DNA of 64,000 nucleotides from Candidatus Amesbacteria bacterium (GCA_963736875.1 CAVTQH010000004.1:88050-152049), one strand, 5' to 3'; numbered from the stretch's first letter, positions 30,802 to 42,539 are shown. Numbers and translations are program-made. Notes: generated by a model not told the origin, from the sequence alone.

Positions 30802-31203
30802 ATGAGCCTCTCAGTACATCCCAATTTCATAGATAAATTTTATTTAAAGATTTATCCTTCGTATCTTTATCCGGGACAGCTCTGCCAGCCGCTTTCCACG
30901 ATTAATGTGGGTATCCTTCATAAATTACCGGATATTACCCCTGTCTGGAAAATAATGGATTACGTATATCTCAAAAAAGAAACCATACTTAAATTTTTAG
31001 GCTTAGCAAAGAAATTGCACTTTAGTGACGATATTCAGCCTGTATTTACCATTCTTGAACTGGTAAACCCGGTCATTGACGAGAGCAAGTCATTCGGCAA
31101 GCATCTCTCTCCGGGAGACATGATCACCTTGACTCCGTTTGACCGTAAGTTTATTATTGCCGCTCCTCCTGCCGAACTTCCCCGGCCTTATATCATTCCA
31201 TGA
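30802..31203 (+). CDS. Hypothetical protein
   Basis: 133-aa ORF. Confidence 0.3.
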   Translation: MSLSVHPNFIDKFYLKIYPSYLYPGQLCQPLSTINVGILHKLPDITPVWKIMDYVYLKKETILKFLGLAKKLHFSDDIQPVFTILELVNPVIDESKSFGKHLSPGDMITLTPFDRKFIIAAPPAELPRPYIIP

Positions 31204-31937
31204 CATTGAACAGACTATTACATAAAAATAATATCACTCTCATACAGGACGTTTATAACGCCTGTAAAGAGGGGATTAGGCTGATGTCAAAAAGCCCTGA
31301 TCCTCTTCACAATCACCACCACATCTTAAACATGCTCAAAGACTTGGATCTGATGCTTTCTAATGATCATGAAATTAATTGGAAAAAAGTAAATTTCAAT
31401 GTTCTTCTTCTGTCTATTACCTGGCACGATATCTGGAAATCACAGCGTTTACCCAAAAGTCGTAAGAAACTGGTTTACCACTGGTTTGCTGAGGGTATCG
31501 GATCCATGCGTTTATTCTCCAAAGAAACCAAAAAGTATCATTTTGACCCGATGATCACCAAAAAAGTCCGTTACGCCATACGCAAACATCCATATTTCCA
31601 ATTACTTCCCAAAAGAACCATTGAATCCAAAATTCTGAAGTCTCTTGATGAGTTGGAAGACTTTTCGATTGACAGATTTAAGGAAGGTTTGAATTCAATT
31701 CACGAACTTTCCGAAGTCAGTCCCCGTCTCGCATCTCTTTTTAGATTCTACTATCAGCATTGGATCAGCCGTAAAAACGGTTACGGCAGTAAATACTCCT
31801 GGTCACGAATCGAATATCAAAAAAGAAAGCACGTCTTTTTCACTCAAATTTGGCCGGTACTTAAAGTGTATTTAAAGGGTTTTTCCAAAACCAAGCCTCT
31901 ACCTCATATGTTTCTGCCTGCAAAGAACCAACTATGA
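31200..31937 (+). CDS. Hypothetical protein, possible HD-domain phosphohydrolase
   Basis: Spaced H...HD...H...D residues (HNHHH, WHDIWK, RKH, LDELED). Weak. Confidence 0.3.
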   Translation: MTLNRLLHKNNITLIQDVYNACKEGIRLMSKSPDPLHNHHHILNMLKDLDLMLSNDHEINWKKVNFNVLLLSITWHDIWKSQRLPKSRKKLVYHWFAEGIGSMRLFSKETKKYHFDPMITKKVRYAIRKHPYFQLLPKRTIESKILKSLDELEDFSIDRFKEGLNSIHELSEVSPRLASLFRFYYQHWISRKNGYGSKYSWSRIEYQKRKHVFFTQIWPVLKVYLKGFSKTKPLPHMFLPAKNQL

Positions 31938-32494
31938 CAACCAATCCTCCTCTTCCTCCCGCCCAAACGACAAATCCCATAACGGATCTGCTGACTCTCA
32001 TCAGTAATCATAAACCTGAAGAACCCAAAATCCCGGCCCCTTTAACTTCCCGTTTCAGGACTTTTTTTGAGTTTTATACCGACGAGCTGCAAAAAGCAAA
32101 ACTTAGTTTTACCCCCATCAACGTTGATGAAATTGCCTCACATCTGTCCCGTTTCTATGAAATGATTCGTAAAGTTATAGATTGGAAAGAAGATAATGCC
32201 CTTAGACGCGGAGCCATTTCCCGTATTCTGAAACGGATTCTTTTTCCGTATCTCTCCGGTCTTACCACGGAACATTTGGAGACTTCGGAAATGGCTGAAA
32301 CCATCACTCTGGAACTGATCCGCGGGGGCCATCTCCCAAATAACGCTATACCTCAGGAAAGAATCGCCTCAGTCGCCGAAGCACTGGAAAAATATCTGAC
32401 CCTGATATCCGGCAGTTCTCTCCGTAAAACGGTTTCCGGAGTCAAAACCAAAATAAACTATACAACTTTCATTCTTGGAAATCGCCGTTTGTGA
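31934..32494 (+). CDS. Hypothetical protein
   Basis: 186-aa ORF with a 4-nt overlap to the upstream gene. Confidence 0.3.
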   Translation: MTTNPPLPPAQTTNPITDLLTLISNHKPEEPKIPAPLTSRFRTFFEFYTDELQKAKLSFTPINVDEIASHLSRFYEMIRKVIDWKEDNALRRGAISRILKRILFPYLSGLTTEHLETSEMAETITLELIRGGHLPNNAIPQERIASVAEALEKYLTLISGSSLRKTVSGVKTKINYTTFILGNRRL

Positions 32495-33659
32495 AATCGA
32501 GGAAATTCTGACCCACCCCGTCAAAGAGTACGCTCTGATGTCGATTATGACCGATCTTTTGGATGACCGCATTAAAATCAAACCTTCCAATGCCGTATCC
32601 GAAGTTAACAAACGTAAATATATTTTCATAGCTGTTTGCCGGACCCTTTATGACCTGGATGACAATTTCATCAGTTACAAGTTGTTAAAGCAGCTTTATC
32701 CGCATTGGCATCATCCTTCCCCGGATCAGATCCATGAATTAGGTCAAAATCTACCCCATTTATGGAAAAAACTTTCCGAAGAGATGGATTCACCCGTACT
32801 TCGGAAATTTGTCGCCGTGGCGGAACGGATAGATACTGCATTTGTCCTGATCGATGATTTTCTGGAAGAATTCAAAGATCATTCCACTGATATTATTCCG
32901 GTTTCGGAGGACAAGGAAAATTTCACCAGGATAATTACTTCCAAATATGAAAAACGCTTCAAAACACTTAAAACCCGCTTGTTTCGCTTGGCCGTCTTTT
33001 CCACCCTTTCGGTATTCCTATCTAACTGGGTTACGTTTTTCATCGTTGAGGTTCCTTTAGCTCATTTATTTTATGAAGGCTTCAATACTTACGCGGCCAT
33101 CGCTGATTTTCTGATTCCCACAATGGTCATGTTTCTATTGGTGGTAATTATTCGGCCTCCTAACAAGAAAAATCTTGCTCGTGTATTGTCTACCACTCTC
33201 GGTTTTGTATATGAAGATGAAAAACAGGAAAACTATCAGATCCGGATGGACAATAACCGCCATATGTTTTTCCGCGTTCTGTCTCTAATCATTTATATTC
33301 TCACGGCTTTAACGGTATTTTACGTTACAGCTTCGGTCTTTATCTGGGCCCGGCTACCGATGACTTCGGTTATCTTTGATACGTTTACCATAGCTCTAAC
33401 GGTTTTTGCGGCAGTTACCATCCGCAACAAATCCAAGGAACTGTCAGTTAATGAACAAACCACTGTATACGACTTTTTCCTTGATATGTTTTCCGTACCC
33501 ATTGCCAAAGTGGGATCCGTTCTGGCTGCGAAATGGAAAGAATATAACGTTGTCGCGATATTGTTTAACTTTTTAATCGAGATGCCTTTCACTCTGATCC
33601 TGAATTTTATTGAACACTGGAGCGAGTTTATAAAAGAACGCCGTGCCGAACTGCACTGA
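32475..33659 (+). CDS. Hypothetical integral membrane protein
   Basis: 394 aa, several TM helices in the C-terminal half. Confidence 0.35.
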   Translation: MEIAVCEIEEILTHPVKEYALMSIMTDLLDDRIKIKPSNAVSEVNKRKYIFIAVCRTLYDLDDNFISYKLLKQLYPHWHHPSPDQIHELGQNLPHLWKKLSEEMDSPVLRKFVAVAERIDTAFVLIDDFLEEFKDHSTDIIPVSEDKENFTRIITSKYEKRFKTLKTRLFRLAVFSTLSVFLSNWVTFFIVEVPLAHLFYEGFNTYAAIADFLIPTMVMFLLVVIIRPPNKKNLARVLSTTLGFVYEDEKQENYQIRMDNNRHMFFRVLSLIIYILTALTVFYVTASVFIWARLPMTSVIFDTFTIALTVFAAVTIRNKSKELSVNEQTTVYDFFLDMFSVPIAKVGSVLAAKWKEYNVVAILFNFLIEMPFTLILNFIEHWSEFIKERRAELH

Positions 33660-33660
33660 A

Positions 33661-33921
33661 CTACTGCGGTTCCGGCTTTTTATATCCTTCAAACTTAACC
33701 GCAGCGTCAGCATTTACCGATTTTAAAGTCTCAATTACCTTCATATGTAAATCATATGATTTAATCATTCCATCCTCGGCTACGGTTGACAGCCACAGTT
33801 CCACCCCTTCGGCCACTTTATCAGCCTCTTCCTGTGTAGCTCCCGAGCTGATCACTCCCGAAATTACTTTTTTCCATTCAAAATCCTGGACACTTCCATC
33901 TTTTTTCAAAACTTTATACAT
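33661..33921 (-). CDS. Stand-alone ATP-cone domain protein
   Basis: MYKVLKKDGSVQDFEWKKV... matches the ATP-cone pattern (xIKRDGxxExFDxxKI). 86 aa. Confidence 0.5.
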   Translation of the reverse strand: MYKVLKKDGSVQDFEWKKVISGVISSGATQEEADKVAEGVELWLSTVAEDGMIKSYDLHMKVIETLKSVNADAAVKFEGYKKPEPQ

Positions 33922-33969
33922 ACTCTTAAAAAGAGCATACAGACAAACTTTTATCGTGTCAAACCGAAG

Positions 33970-34218
33970 TTAAAAGGTTGATGCCAGGCTTAACAGGAAG
34001 ATAAAGGTAAGTATTCCCCCCATGACAAAACCCAAAATAAAACCGTTTCTTTTTTCCCTGAATATAAAGTCTTCATACTGGCGTCTGAATTCCCTCCAGT
34101 TTTTTGATCGTGACGTCTGAATCACGGCTTCATCAAGCTTCACATCCCGCAGCTTCTCTTCTAATGATTTTTTACTTTTTTCTGTTTTACCCTTCATGTT
34201 CGCACTATTGTACAACAA
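33970..34218 (-). CDS. Small hypothetical membrane protein
   Basis: 82 aa with a C-terminal TM. Confidence 0.3.
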   Translation of the reverse strand: MLYNSANMKGKTEKSKKSLEEKLRDVKLDEAVIQTSRSKNWREFRRQYEDFIFREKRNGFILGFVMGGILTFIFLLSLASTF

Positions 34219-34241
34219 TATTTTTAAAATTCTACAAGTTG

Positions 34242-35249
34242 TTAATTCTTCTGTAGTTCCCTTAATTCAAACATTTTCAGAACGGGTATAGCTGCATTTC
34301 GGAATGCGTTTTCAACAGATTCACTTCTCATACCTGATTTCAGGCTGTCTTTTGCATTGCTTACAGGCAATCCGTTTTCGTCAAGCAATACATGGTCAAA
34401 ATTACTTGCCCCCCGGGTATAAGCAAAACCTACTGAAGTTTTATAAGCTTTATTCCACCAGGAAACTACATTACCGGCTGCAATCGATTCCATTGAGGTG
34501 ATAATTACCGTATCTTCGGGTTTTTTCTTCAATAAGTCGGAAGCCATTGTTCTGGCCCGGAGGTCAGATTGAAAATCATGCCAAAACAAATCCCCGGATA
34601 TTTCCATGACATTCCCTCGGCCCCCATACTTTAAAATCCGGATTTATTCTTCCTGACGCAGCATACAATTCCTCAGCCAGTGCGGTATCCATATATAAAC
34701 GGCTGGCCGGGTTGGGATCATCACTGCTCCAGAATTCCGGTTTCACTTCCCGGGTCAAAGCCTGATCTGCGCCATAGTACTGTAAATCGTAATCAGCCGA
34801 AATTGAATTAATACATACATCTCCGATTGCCGCACCTTTATTTGAAGATATTCCCCCGATTCCGCTTAATATCACTTCTTTAATCCGGTTTTGATAAACC
34901 TGCATAATATTTGTCATACAGGCGGTAGTTTTCACTTTACCGATACCGCTGACTACAACCAACACTGGTTGCCTGTGTATATATATCCCATATACCCCTT
35001 ATCGCACAGTGGGATCATTGCACTTACATCAGACTCTTTCTCAATTGTATTCATAAACGGTGCTGTTTCTCCCTGCCATATACCCAAAATATTTTTTGAT
35101 CCGAAAGGAGAGACTATTACCGACACCTGATCCGCCACATCGACTTTTTTCAACGATCCGGGTTTGACTCCGACAAAAATAATCCCTGTAATCAAGGCCG
35201 TAATTAGTAATACAAAAATCCCTACTTTTCTCATATGCAATAGCTTCAT
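34242..35249 (-). CDS. mtnN: 5'-methylthioadenosine/S-adenosylhomocysteine nucleosidase-like (PNP_UDP_1 family) with N-terminal signal/TM; broken into three ORFs in this assembly
   Basis: Three pieces, N to C: 34953..35249 (ILGIWQGETAPF ~ GAMEEE block), 34576..34965 (SGIGKV...SGIGGISS ~ GIGKV/GTAGG) and 34242..34607 (TSMESIAAGNV ~ MEGAAVA). Confidence 0.55.
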
Positions 35250-35333
35250 TATATCCTATAGTAGCATTTATGGCAATTTGTTATCCCATTTACATTGACA
35301 TTACAAAAATCTCGTATATTATAGGACCATAAT

Positions 35334-35846
35334 ATGAATATTGACCATGACAACAGGGTGGAGTTGTTCAGGCAAAGTTCAAATTTCGTCAGTGACGGAG
35401 AGGTCATCAGATGTTCCGGTCTTGATGATAAAAAACAGTGTTCAAGTCCGTATGCACTAATATATTTCGACTGCACGGCTTGCGAAGCGGTGGACATTCT
35501 ATCCACACATTTTAAATACATAGAATTAATTGGACCCGGACTAATCAAATTAACTGAAAAAGGTATTCAGGAAAAAGAGAGGTATTACTATTACGAAAGA
35601 TTTCTTCGAAGAAATCAAATCGCATCTTTATTAAAAGGAACAAAGGATCATCAGAAACAAATATCTAAACTCATGCCTTTATACTCTTCTGTTTTGCTGG
35701 ATTTAGGTAATATGCTTGGGGGAAGAGTAAAACTTGAGGATCAAAATAATAGTCAAGTAAAAGTATTAGTAAATTCTGTTATAGACGACACCCTAAAGAT
35801 CACCAAAATCAGGAATGAAATCGAAAACAGTCCTCGTAAAAAATAA
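35334..35846 (+). CDS. Hypothetical protein
   Basis: 170-aa ORF in an AT-rich region. Confidence 0.3.
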   Translation: MNIDHDNRVELFRQSSNFVSDGEVIRCSGLDDKKQCSSPYALIYFDCTACEAVDILSTHFKYIELIGPGLIKLTEKGIQEKERYYYYERFLRRNQIASLLKGTKDHQKQISKLMPLYSSVLLDLGNMLGGRVKLEDQNNSQVKVLVNSVIDDTLKITKIRNEIENSPRKK

Positions 35847-37214
35847 GGAATTATTGAATTTTTCCTGAATAGACTTTTCTCGTATTAAGAATTTTATAAC
35901 CGATTTCGTTGGCGGATTTATTAATCTCCTCTATTTTCTTTAATATGTCATCGGAAAGAAACGATCCCCAGTAAATTTGCTTAAACCTACCTATTGTCCA
36001 ATCAGTTGATTCATTATTCAATAAATTATTTTTATCTGAGACTATACTTATGAGCATAAAATACTTTCTTTCCTGCATAAGCTTAAGTTACTTCTTAATA
36101 CCCGTTAAATCAATGTCGAACAAGTTTATCTAGCTGGACACCATCTAATTGTCAGACGAAATAGAATCTGATATCAAGGATCACGGGCGAACGACGTATT
36201 GCCCCGGCTTCTATTTCCGCTACATACATAAATACCGTATAGATACGTAAAAAGGTTGATGGAGATAGAATAGGGAATTGCATTAAATATCTTGAGAAAA
36301 TATTACTTTGTAAACCAATAAAACATTAACCACCACGACCCCCATAAAACAAACAAAATTCGAAATAATATTAATATGCCTATCCAACTATAGATAATCA
36401 CTCTTGATAGACTCCACTGTTTCTTAAATCCCACAACTGCCATTAGCCACATTATTATCACCGGTGGTAAGAAGGCTGTTAAAACGTCAAGTCGATAAAC
36501 GAATAAACCGTTAGACAATTTTTTAAAGGACTGGGTAAATCTTTATATATTCGCGTGCATTCAAAATAACTTTCGCTAAAAGAACCTATAAACCTCCTGT
36601 CCAGATAATTAAATAGCCACACACACCCCACACTAAACTTCAATCCTAAATTAGTCCAAATGCACTGCCTAGTCATAATCTTAATATATTGCATGTCCTG
36701 ACATTAATAATTAATCAAATATTGTGAAAAGTAAGAATATTCTTTATCACCTAAACGTACAATTACCTCTGAAAAAAATAATCTTTTCAATATGGGTCCC
36801 TTAGCGGACGATGTTAGGAATTACTTCATGGCCAAAGAGAATCAACCGGAAATAAACCAGACTTAAAATATTTCTCTTACCTGCTTATTCCAAAGTTAGC
36901 GAATTTCCCGAGATCCATGACTCACAAAACCATTGGGGCATAGTTCTGGAATTTGCCTCATGATGATACGATCTTCCTTATAATCTTCATCCGAAGGTAA
37001 CCTTCCCAATTTTGCTTCTAGCTCTGCCGGTGTACAAATTGCATGAAGACCGTCTTTTTCAGTTTTAAATCCTACAGCAGAACAGTTTTCACAGACTTTA
37101 CGTTCCTCCTGGGAAAATCTGCCTAAATCAATTGTCGGAAACATATTGTCGTATTATAGGTTTAAACACTTAAAAGTCAAGTTACGGATCTTTCCATGTT
37201 AGATGTCTAACATC

Positions 37215-37293
37215 TGGGGTGGATGAGCGGATTTGAACCGCCGGCCTCCTCGTCCACAGCGAGGCGTTCTAACCAGGCTGAACTACATCCACC
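37215..37293 (-). tRNA. tRNA-His (anticodon GTG) with encoded G-1 and CCA
   Basis: Hand fold: G-1 plus GTGGATG/CATCCAC acceptor, discriminator C then CCA, anticodon loop CTGTGGA, T-loop TTCAAAT. Confidence 0.8.
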
Positions 37294-37318
37294 ATAAGCT
37301 ATATTTTATCTTATATTG

Positions 37319-37390
37319 CGCCCCTGAGAGGAATCGAACCTCTATCAACTGTTCCGAAGACAGTCACTCTATCCGTTGAGCTACAGGGGC
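37319..37390 (-). tRNA. tRNA-Arg (anticodon TCG)
   Basis: Hand fold: acceptor GCCCCTG/CAGGGGC, anticodon stem ACTGT/ACAGT with loop CTTCGGA, T-loop TTCGATT. No encoded CCA. Confidence 0.8.
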
Positions 37391-37549
37391 TGAATATACC
37401 ATAAATTTTAACACTTAAGCTTGTTTGCAACCCTCTAATATGTATACAATTAGGTAGTGATTTCCATCCTGCCTCTGTTTGTATCATTTTTTGCGCTGTT
37501 AAACATATTCATATTTTCCCCGCCATCCGGCTGTTCCTGCTCTACCGAT

Positions 37550-40500
37550 ATTGCCTCCGGCTGTTCTGGGTATTTCAAATTACGCCCCTACCGTCTATAT
37601 CAGTAATACTTCCGACGGTTACAATGCGGGGGGTGTTTTAAGTCAATCCAGCCTTGATGAACCTGCCATAAATCTCTCCACATACAATTCCACCGGTCCG
37701 GCTTCGCTTGATATTTATCAGGCTTCAATAAATGATGTTTTATCTTTTTTAACCTACGATTCCGAAAGCAAACAAAAACTTATGTTTGATTCTTCTCAAC
37801 TTTCCAAAGTTACTACTTTAACCACCAATATTTCTTCCTCCGGAGACAACCGCCTGCTTTTACCGATACAGGGAGAGGGTATTTGGTTTCTGAAAGATTA
37901 AATTCGGCCAAAACGAAAATTCCGCTTTTTTAATCCGTTCGGAAATCGAAGCCGTTGTAAAAGAAGGCGACAACAAGCTTCTTTTCTGGGTTCAAAATCT
38001 GACTACAAAAAAAACTGTTACCTCCGGTGTCTTAGAATTATTCAACCTTCTTGATTCTCCCCGGTCCCTGATCAAATCCGGTCTGGACGGTAAAGGTGTA
38101 ACAAGCATTTCTTACTCTCCTCAAACTTACGATGTCGCAATACTAACTTCCGATAATCACACCACCCTTATACCCATAAATATGCGTTATTTAAATTTCG
38201 GAGACCGTTACAATCAGTTTCTTCCCAGAAGCCGCATGTCACGGTATTTTATTTTTACCGACCGTCCGCTATATAAACCCGGTGATACGGTATATTACAA
38301 AGCCGTCATCCGGGATGATAACGACGTCCGATATTCCATACCAAAAGGCTTGGCTACAGTCCGGGCTTTTAAAGACTGGAATGTTCAAAGCGCATTTTTT
38401 TCCCAGACTCTCCCCGTCTCCGATAAAGGCACCATTACCGGACAATTCACTCTTCCGGTCGCCCAGGGAACGGGACACTTCCAAATCTCAATCCAAACCC
38501 AAAACCCCGGTGTCACATCCGGTGATTGGGAATATGAATCTTTCGGACAGGACAGTATCGGTTTTCAGGTCGAATATTTCCGAAAACCGGAGTACACCCT
38601 TGACGTCTCAACCCCCTATACTGAATATCGTCGCCGGTGATCAAATCGAGTTTACGGTCTCGGGTGCTTATTTTTCCGGTGCCCCGCTTAACCAGCAAAA
38701 CGTAAAATATTCACTTTACTCATCAAATTATTACGAATATGAATACCTTTTCAATAACCAAAATCTGCCGTCCGGCAGCAAATATTACGGCTACTGGAAC
38801 GGAAATAAAATCCAGGATGGTGAACTGACTTTAAACGGTACGGGACAGGCCAGCTTTTTAGTTCCTTCTTCCGACGGCAGATATAAATCCTCACGTTCAC
38901 AAATATTTTCCTTTGAAGTCCAATTTACTGACGAATCCGGAAATCCCGTACTGGCCAGAAAAAATATTCTGGTCTATCCCGCAGAGTTTAATATTTACCG
39001 CCGGAGTGGCTTTTATACCGGTCAAACAAACCGGCCGTTTGTCCTTCCGATAATTGTAAAAAGTATTCGCGGCAGTCGGATCAACGATCTCCGACTGACC
39101 GCCGGCATTCTCCGTGAAAGCTGGATTGCTCTTCCTTTGACACCAGGTCAAAAATATCCCACTTATGTAAAAGAAACCGAAAATCTTTCCTCATCTGTCC
39201 GCCATCACCAACTCCCTTGGTGAAGCCCAGTTTTCTTTTACTCCGGTAAAGACCGGTTCTTATACCTTTACCATCAGCGGTACTGATCAGAAAGGAAATG
39301 TTGTATCCAAAAACATGTACATTTGGATATCCGATACTACCCGCCCCACCCCAACCGGTCAGTATTATGAGGAGTTAAAGATAGAAACCGATTATCCCTC
39401 CTATCAGCCTGCGGATAAAGTAAATTTAAAAATTTGGTCTGATATCCCGGACCGGGATTTCCTGCTCACCTGGGAACGCGGCCGTGTCAATCGCTGGCAG
39501 ATCGTTAAGCTTTCAGGGCAATCCTCAAGCTTTACGCTGCCTCTGGAATATACCGATATTCCCAATATCTATATCACTGTCTCCGGTTTTTCTGAAAGTT
39601 CTTTCCTTTCGGATACCGTTAATGTAGATGTTTCTCCGGAAAGCCAGCGCTTAAATATCAGTCTTTCTCCCAACCTGAGCAGATACGGCCCCGGTCAGTC
39701 GGTAGTCCTTGACGTTAAGACCACTAATCAGCTTGGCAAACCTGTATCCGCTGACCTTGCCGTTTGGGCTGTTGATAAAGCCATATTCGAGCTTTCTGAC
39801 TCAAACGTCAGCGATATTTTTAATCGTTTTTGGTCAACCAGGGGCAATCAGACCAGCACCGGCCATTCACTTGAAAATATTTTGGTAAACACAGCTGAGG
39901 GAGGCGGCTGTTTTACAGCTGATACTAAAGTTTTAATGTCCGGTGGTTTTACCAGATCCATTGAAGACGTCAAACCTGGTGATACCATCCTGACCCGGGT
40001 ATCGGCAAACGATTCCCGCCTGACAAAAGCCAGGGTTCTGTCCACCCATTCTGCTACCGTTGACGGAATAATTATTTTAAATTCCCGTCTGAAAGTTACC
40101 CCCAATCATCTGCTTTGGGTAAATAATTCCTGGAAGACAGCGTCTCAAATCAAAAAGGGAGATATTCTTTCCAACTTTTCGGGCTCGTCAAACATTGTTA
40201 CTTCCGTTGAATGGCAAGCCGGTAAAATCCCCGTCTACAACTTAAAAATTGCAGATTTCCATACATATTTTGCCGAAGGAATCTGGGTCCACAATGACAA
40301 GGGAGAAGGAAGCGCCCGCTCGATATTTAAAGACACGGCATACTGGAATCCCACAGTTACCACCGACAGACTGGGTCAGGCCCAGGTAGTATTTACTCTT
40401 CCGGACAATCTCACTACCTGGACAATTGCTGCAGTCGGATCCACTGCAGACACCCAGGTGGGTCAGACTACGACGGAAATTATCTCATCAAAGGAAGTCA

Positions 40501-42539
40501 TTGTCAGACCGGTTCTTCCCAACCTGATTCGTATAGGAGACAAACTTCGGATTTCGGCTCTGGTGCACAATTTTACTGATGTTACTCAGGATTTTACCGT
40601 CGGCCTCAATTTTGACTCCGGCCAGATTACTCCTCCAGCCACTCATCAGCCAGTATCCATCTTACCCAATAATTTCCGCAGTTTTAGCTGGATTATTTCA
40701 CCGGATTCCGTAAATCCCGTCCGCCAAACTTACATTTTCGGCCCAAACCGCATCCGGTAAATCCGATTCTGTGCAGTCTGTTCTTGCCGGTCATCCCCTT
40801 CGGTTTTATGGAAACCAGTGCCCGGATCGGAAACGGAAATCAATCATATTCCGTCGAATTTCCCCCTGACGCGGATTTATCCCAATCTTCAATTACTCTT
40901 TCACTTGGCTTCAAACATTTTGGGAACCTTGCCTGCGGCTATGAAATACCTCATCGGTTATCCCTATGGATGTATCGAACAAACCACCAGCCGTCTGGTC
41001 CCGGCCATAATTACCAAAGCCAACCTGGATATTTTTTATGACGCTCTTGATCAGAAAGATATTACAAAAATTATTTCTGCCGGTCTTAACCGGTTATCCG
41101 CATTAAAATCCGTTGACGGCGGTTGGGGTTGGTGGCACTCTGTTCAAAATTCTGATCCTTTTATTACTTCGTATGTTCTGGAATATTTGTTCCTGGCCAA
41201 ATCTTCCGGCATCGAAATACCCGATGAACTTATAAAACCGGCTGTAAATTTTCTCAAGTCTTACAATCCCAAGGACGAAAATTCCCGTGTTTACAAGATT
41301 TACGGACTTAAATATTGCGGGTGAATCGGAAGGAAAAGAAAAATTAACAAATTTCGATGCTTATTCACCGGTATCTTTGGCATATGCCGTTATAAGCAAT
41401 GCCAAAAACGGAGACCAGAATCCCGATACCAACGGTTTAAAAAATCTTTTGTCCCGCTATAAAACCAGCGGGGACAATATTTATTGGGAAGCCGATTCTC
41501 AAAGTACTTTTCCTTCTTTGGAAGCCTCTACCGCCGTTTCGATCCGGGCAATTATCCAAGGAGGAGGGAACAGGGAACTGGCAGTCAAAGCCGCCCGTTA
41601 TCTGTCTGGGCAACCGCAAAAATAATTATTGGGCTAACACCTTCGCCACTGCTCAGATTATCAGAAGTATTACTGATCTTCACCGCACCGGTGGTGAAGC
41701 TGATCCCAATTTTTCTTATACGTTTAAATTTAACGACAGTTTGATAACCTCTGCCCAGATCACTTCCTCTGTCCAGCTTATTAAAGATATCGTTATTCCC
41801 GCCGCTTCAATAAAAATCGGATCAAATAAGTTCGATCTGTCATTCACCGGTACGGGACAAATATACAGTACGTTACTCCAAAATATCTGGCGTACTGATA
41901 AGAATGCCTCTCCCCAATCACATACAATTTCTTTATCCCGAAAATATGTAAACGACAAAGGAGAAGACTACACACTGGGAGTCGGTGACAGTGTTTCGGT
42001 TATTCTGACCGTTATCGGGTTTACCTCCTGATGCCCGTTATTTGGTCATCGAGGACTATCTTCCGTCCGGTTTGATACCTGTAAACACCAATCTCTTAAA
42101 CGAAAAGGCTGATAATGATTATTCCGTTTCCAAAGAGTATACGGCAAACGGTGCAATCATGTTTTCCCCGGTAATCGGTAACACGACATCATATTCATAC
42201 AAAGCCCGGGTAATTTCCCAGGGAGAATCAGTAGCCCCTCCCGCTATGGCGCAATTGATGTATCAGCCTGAAGTAAATGCCCTTAGCGAAACCAGTACTC
42301 TGATTACGGAGGAATTCAGCCGTTCTACCAAAACCCCGGTTGAAAATATCACCCGGTCAATTAAAAAATTCAGCCTTATCATTACCCCAAATTATTATTC
42401 TGGGATTATTAATTATCATTCCCCCTCCCTTCATCTTTTTAGACGATCAGAATCATCAAAAATCGTCACCCACCCCATCCTATTGAGTAAATTGAAAGCT
42501 GTCCAGTATTTTCCCAAAAGGCACCAACTCTTCATCTGA
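37550..42539 (+). CDS. Alpha-2-macroglobulin family thioester-containing protein (~1650 aa) with a Hint/intein-like insertion; reading frame changes ~9 times in this assembly
   Basis: MG-domain motif FIFTDRPLYKPGDTVYYKAV. Post-bait motif FKDTAYWNPTV...LPDNLTTWTI (equivalent to FPETWIW...PDTITEW). Thioester motif YPYGCIEQTTSRLVP. The ORF pieces 37551-37901, 37894-38640, 38282-39223, 39171-40760, 40818-41324, 41287-41625, 41741-42031 and 42042-42539 are collinear with A2M. Confidence 0.7.
39909..40295 (+). other. Hint (intein / bacterial intein-like) domain, 129 aa, inserted in the A2M bait region
   Basis: N-terminal CFTADTKVLM (block A), VTPNHLLWV (block B, TxxH), C-terminal VYNLKIADFHTYFAEGIWVHN (blocks F/G ending HN). 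The +1 residue is Asp, not Cys/Ser/Thr. Confidence 0.7.

Noticed and set aside
39909-40295. Canonical splicing-competent mini-intein
   Set aside because: The residue following the terminal HN is Asp, not Cys/Ser/Thr, so standard intein splicing chemistry is not expected. It is reported instead as a Hint/BIL-like domain.
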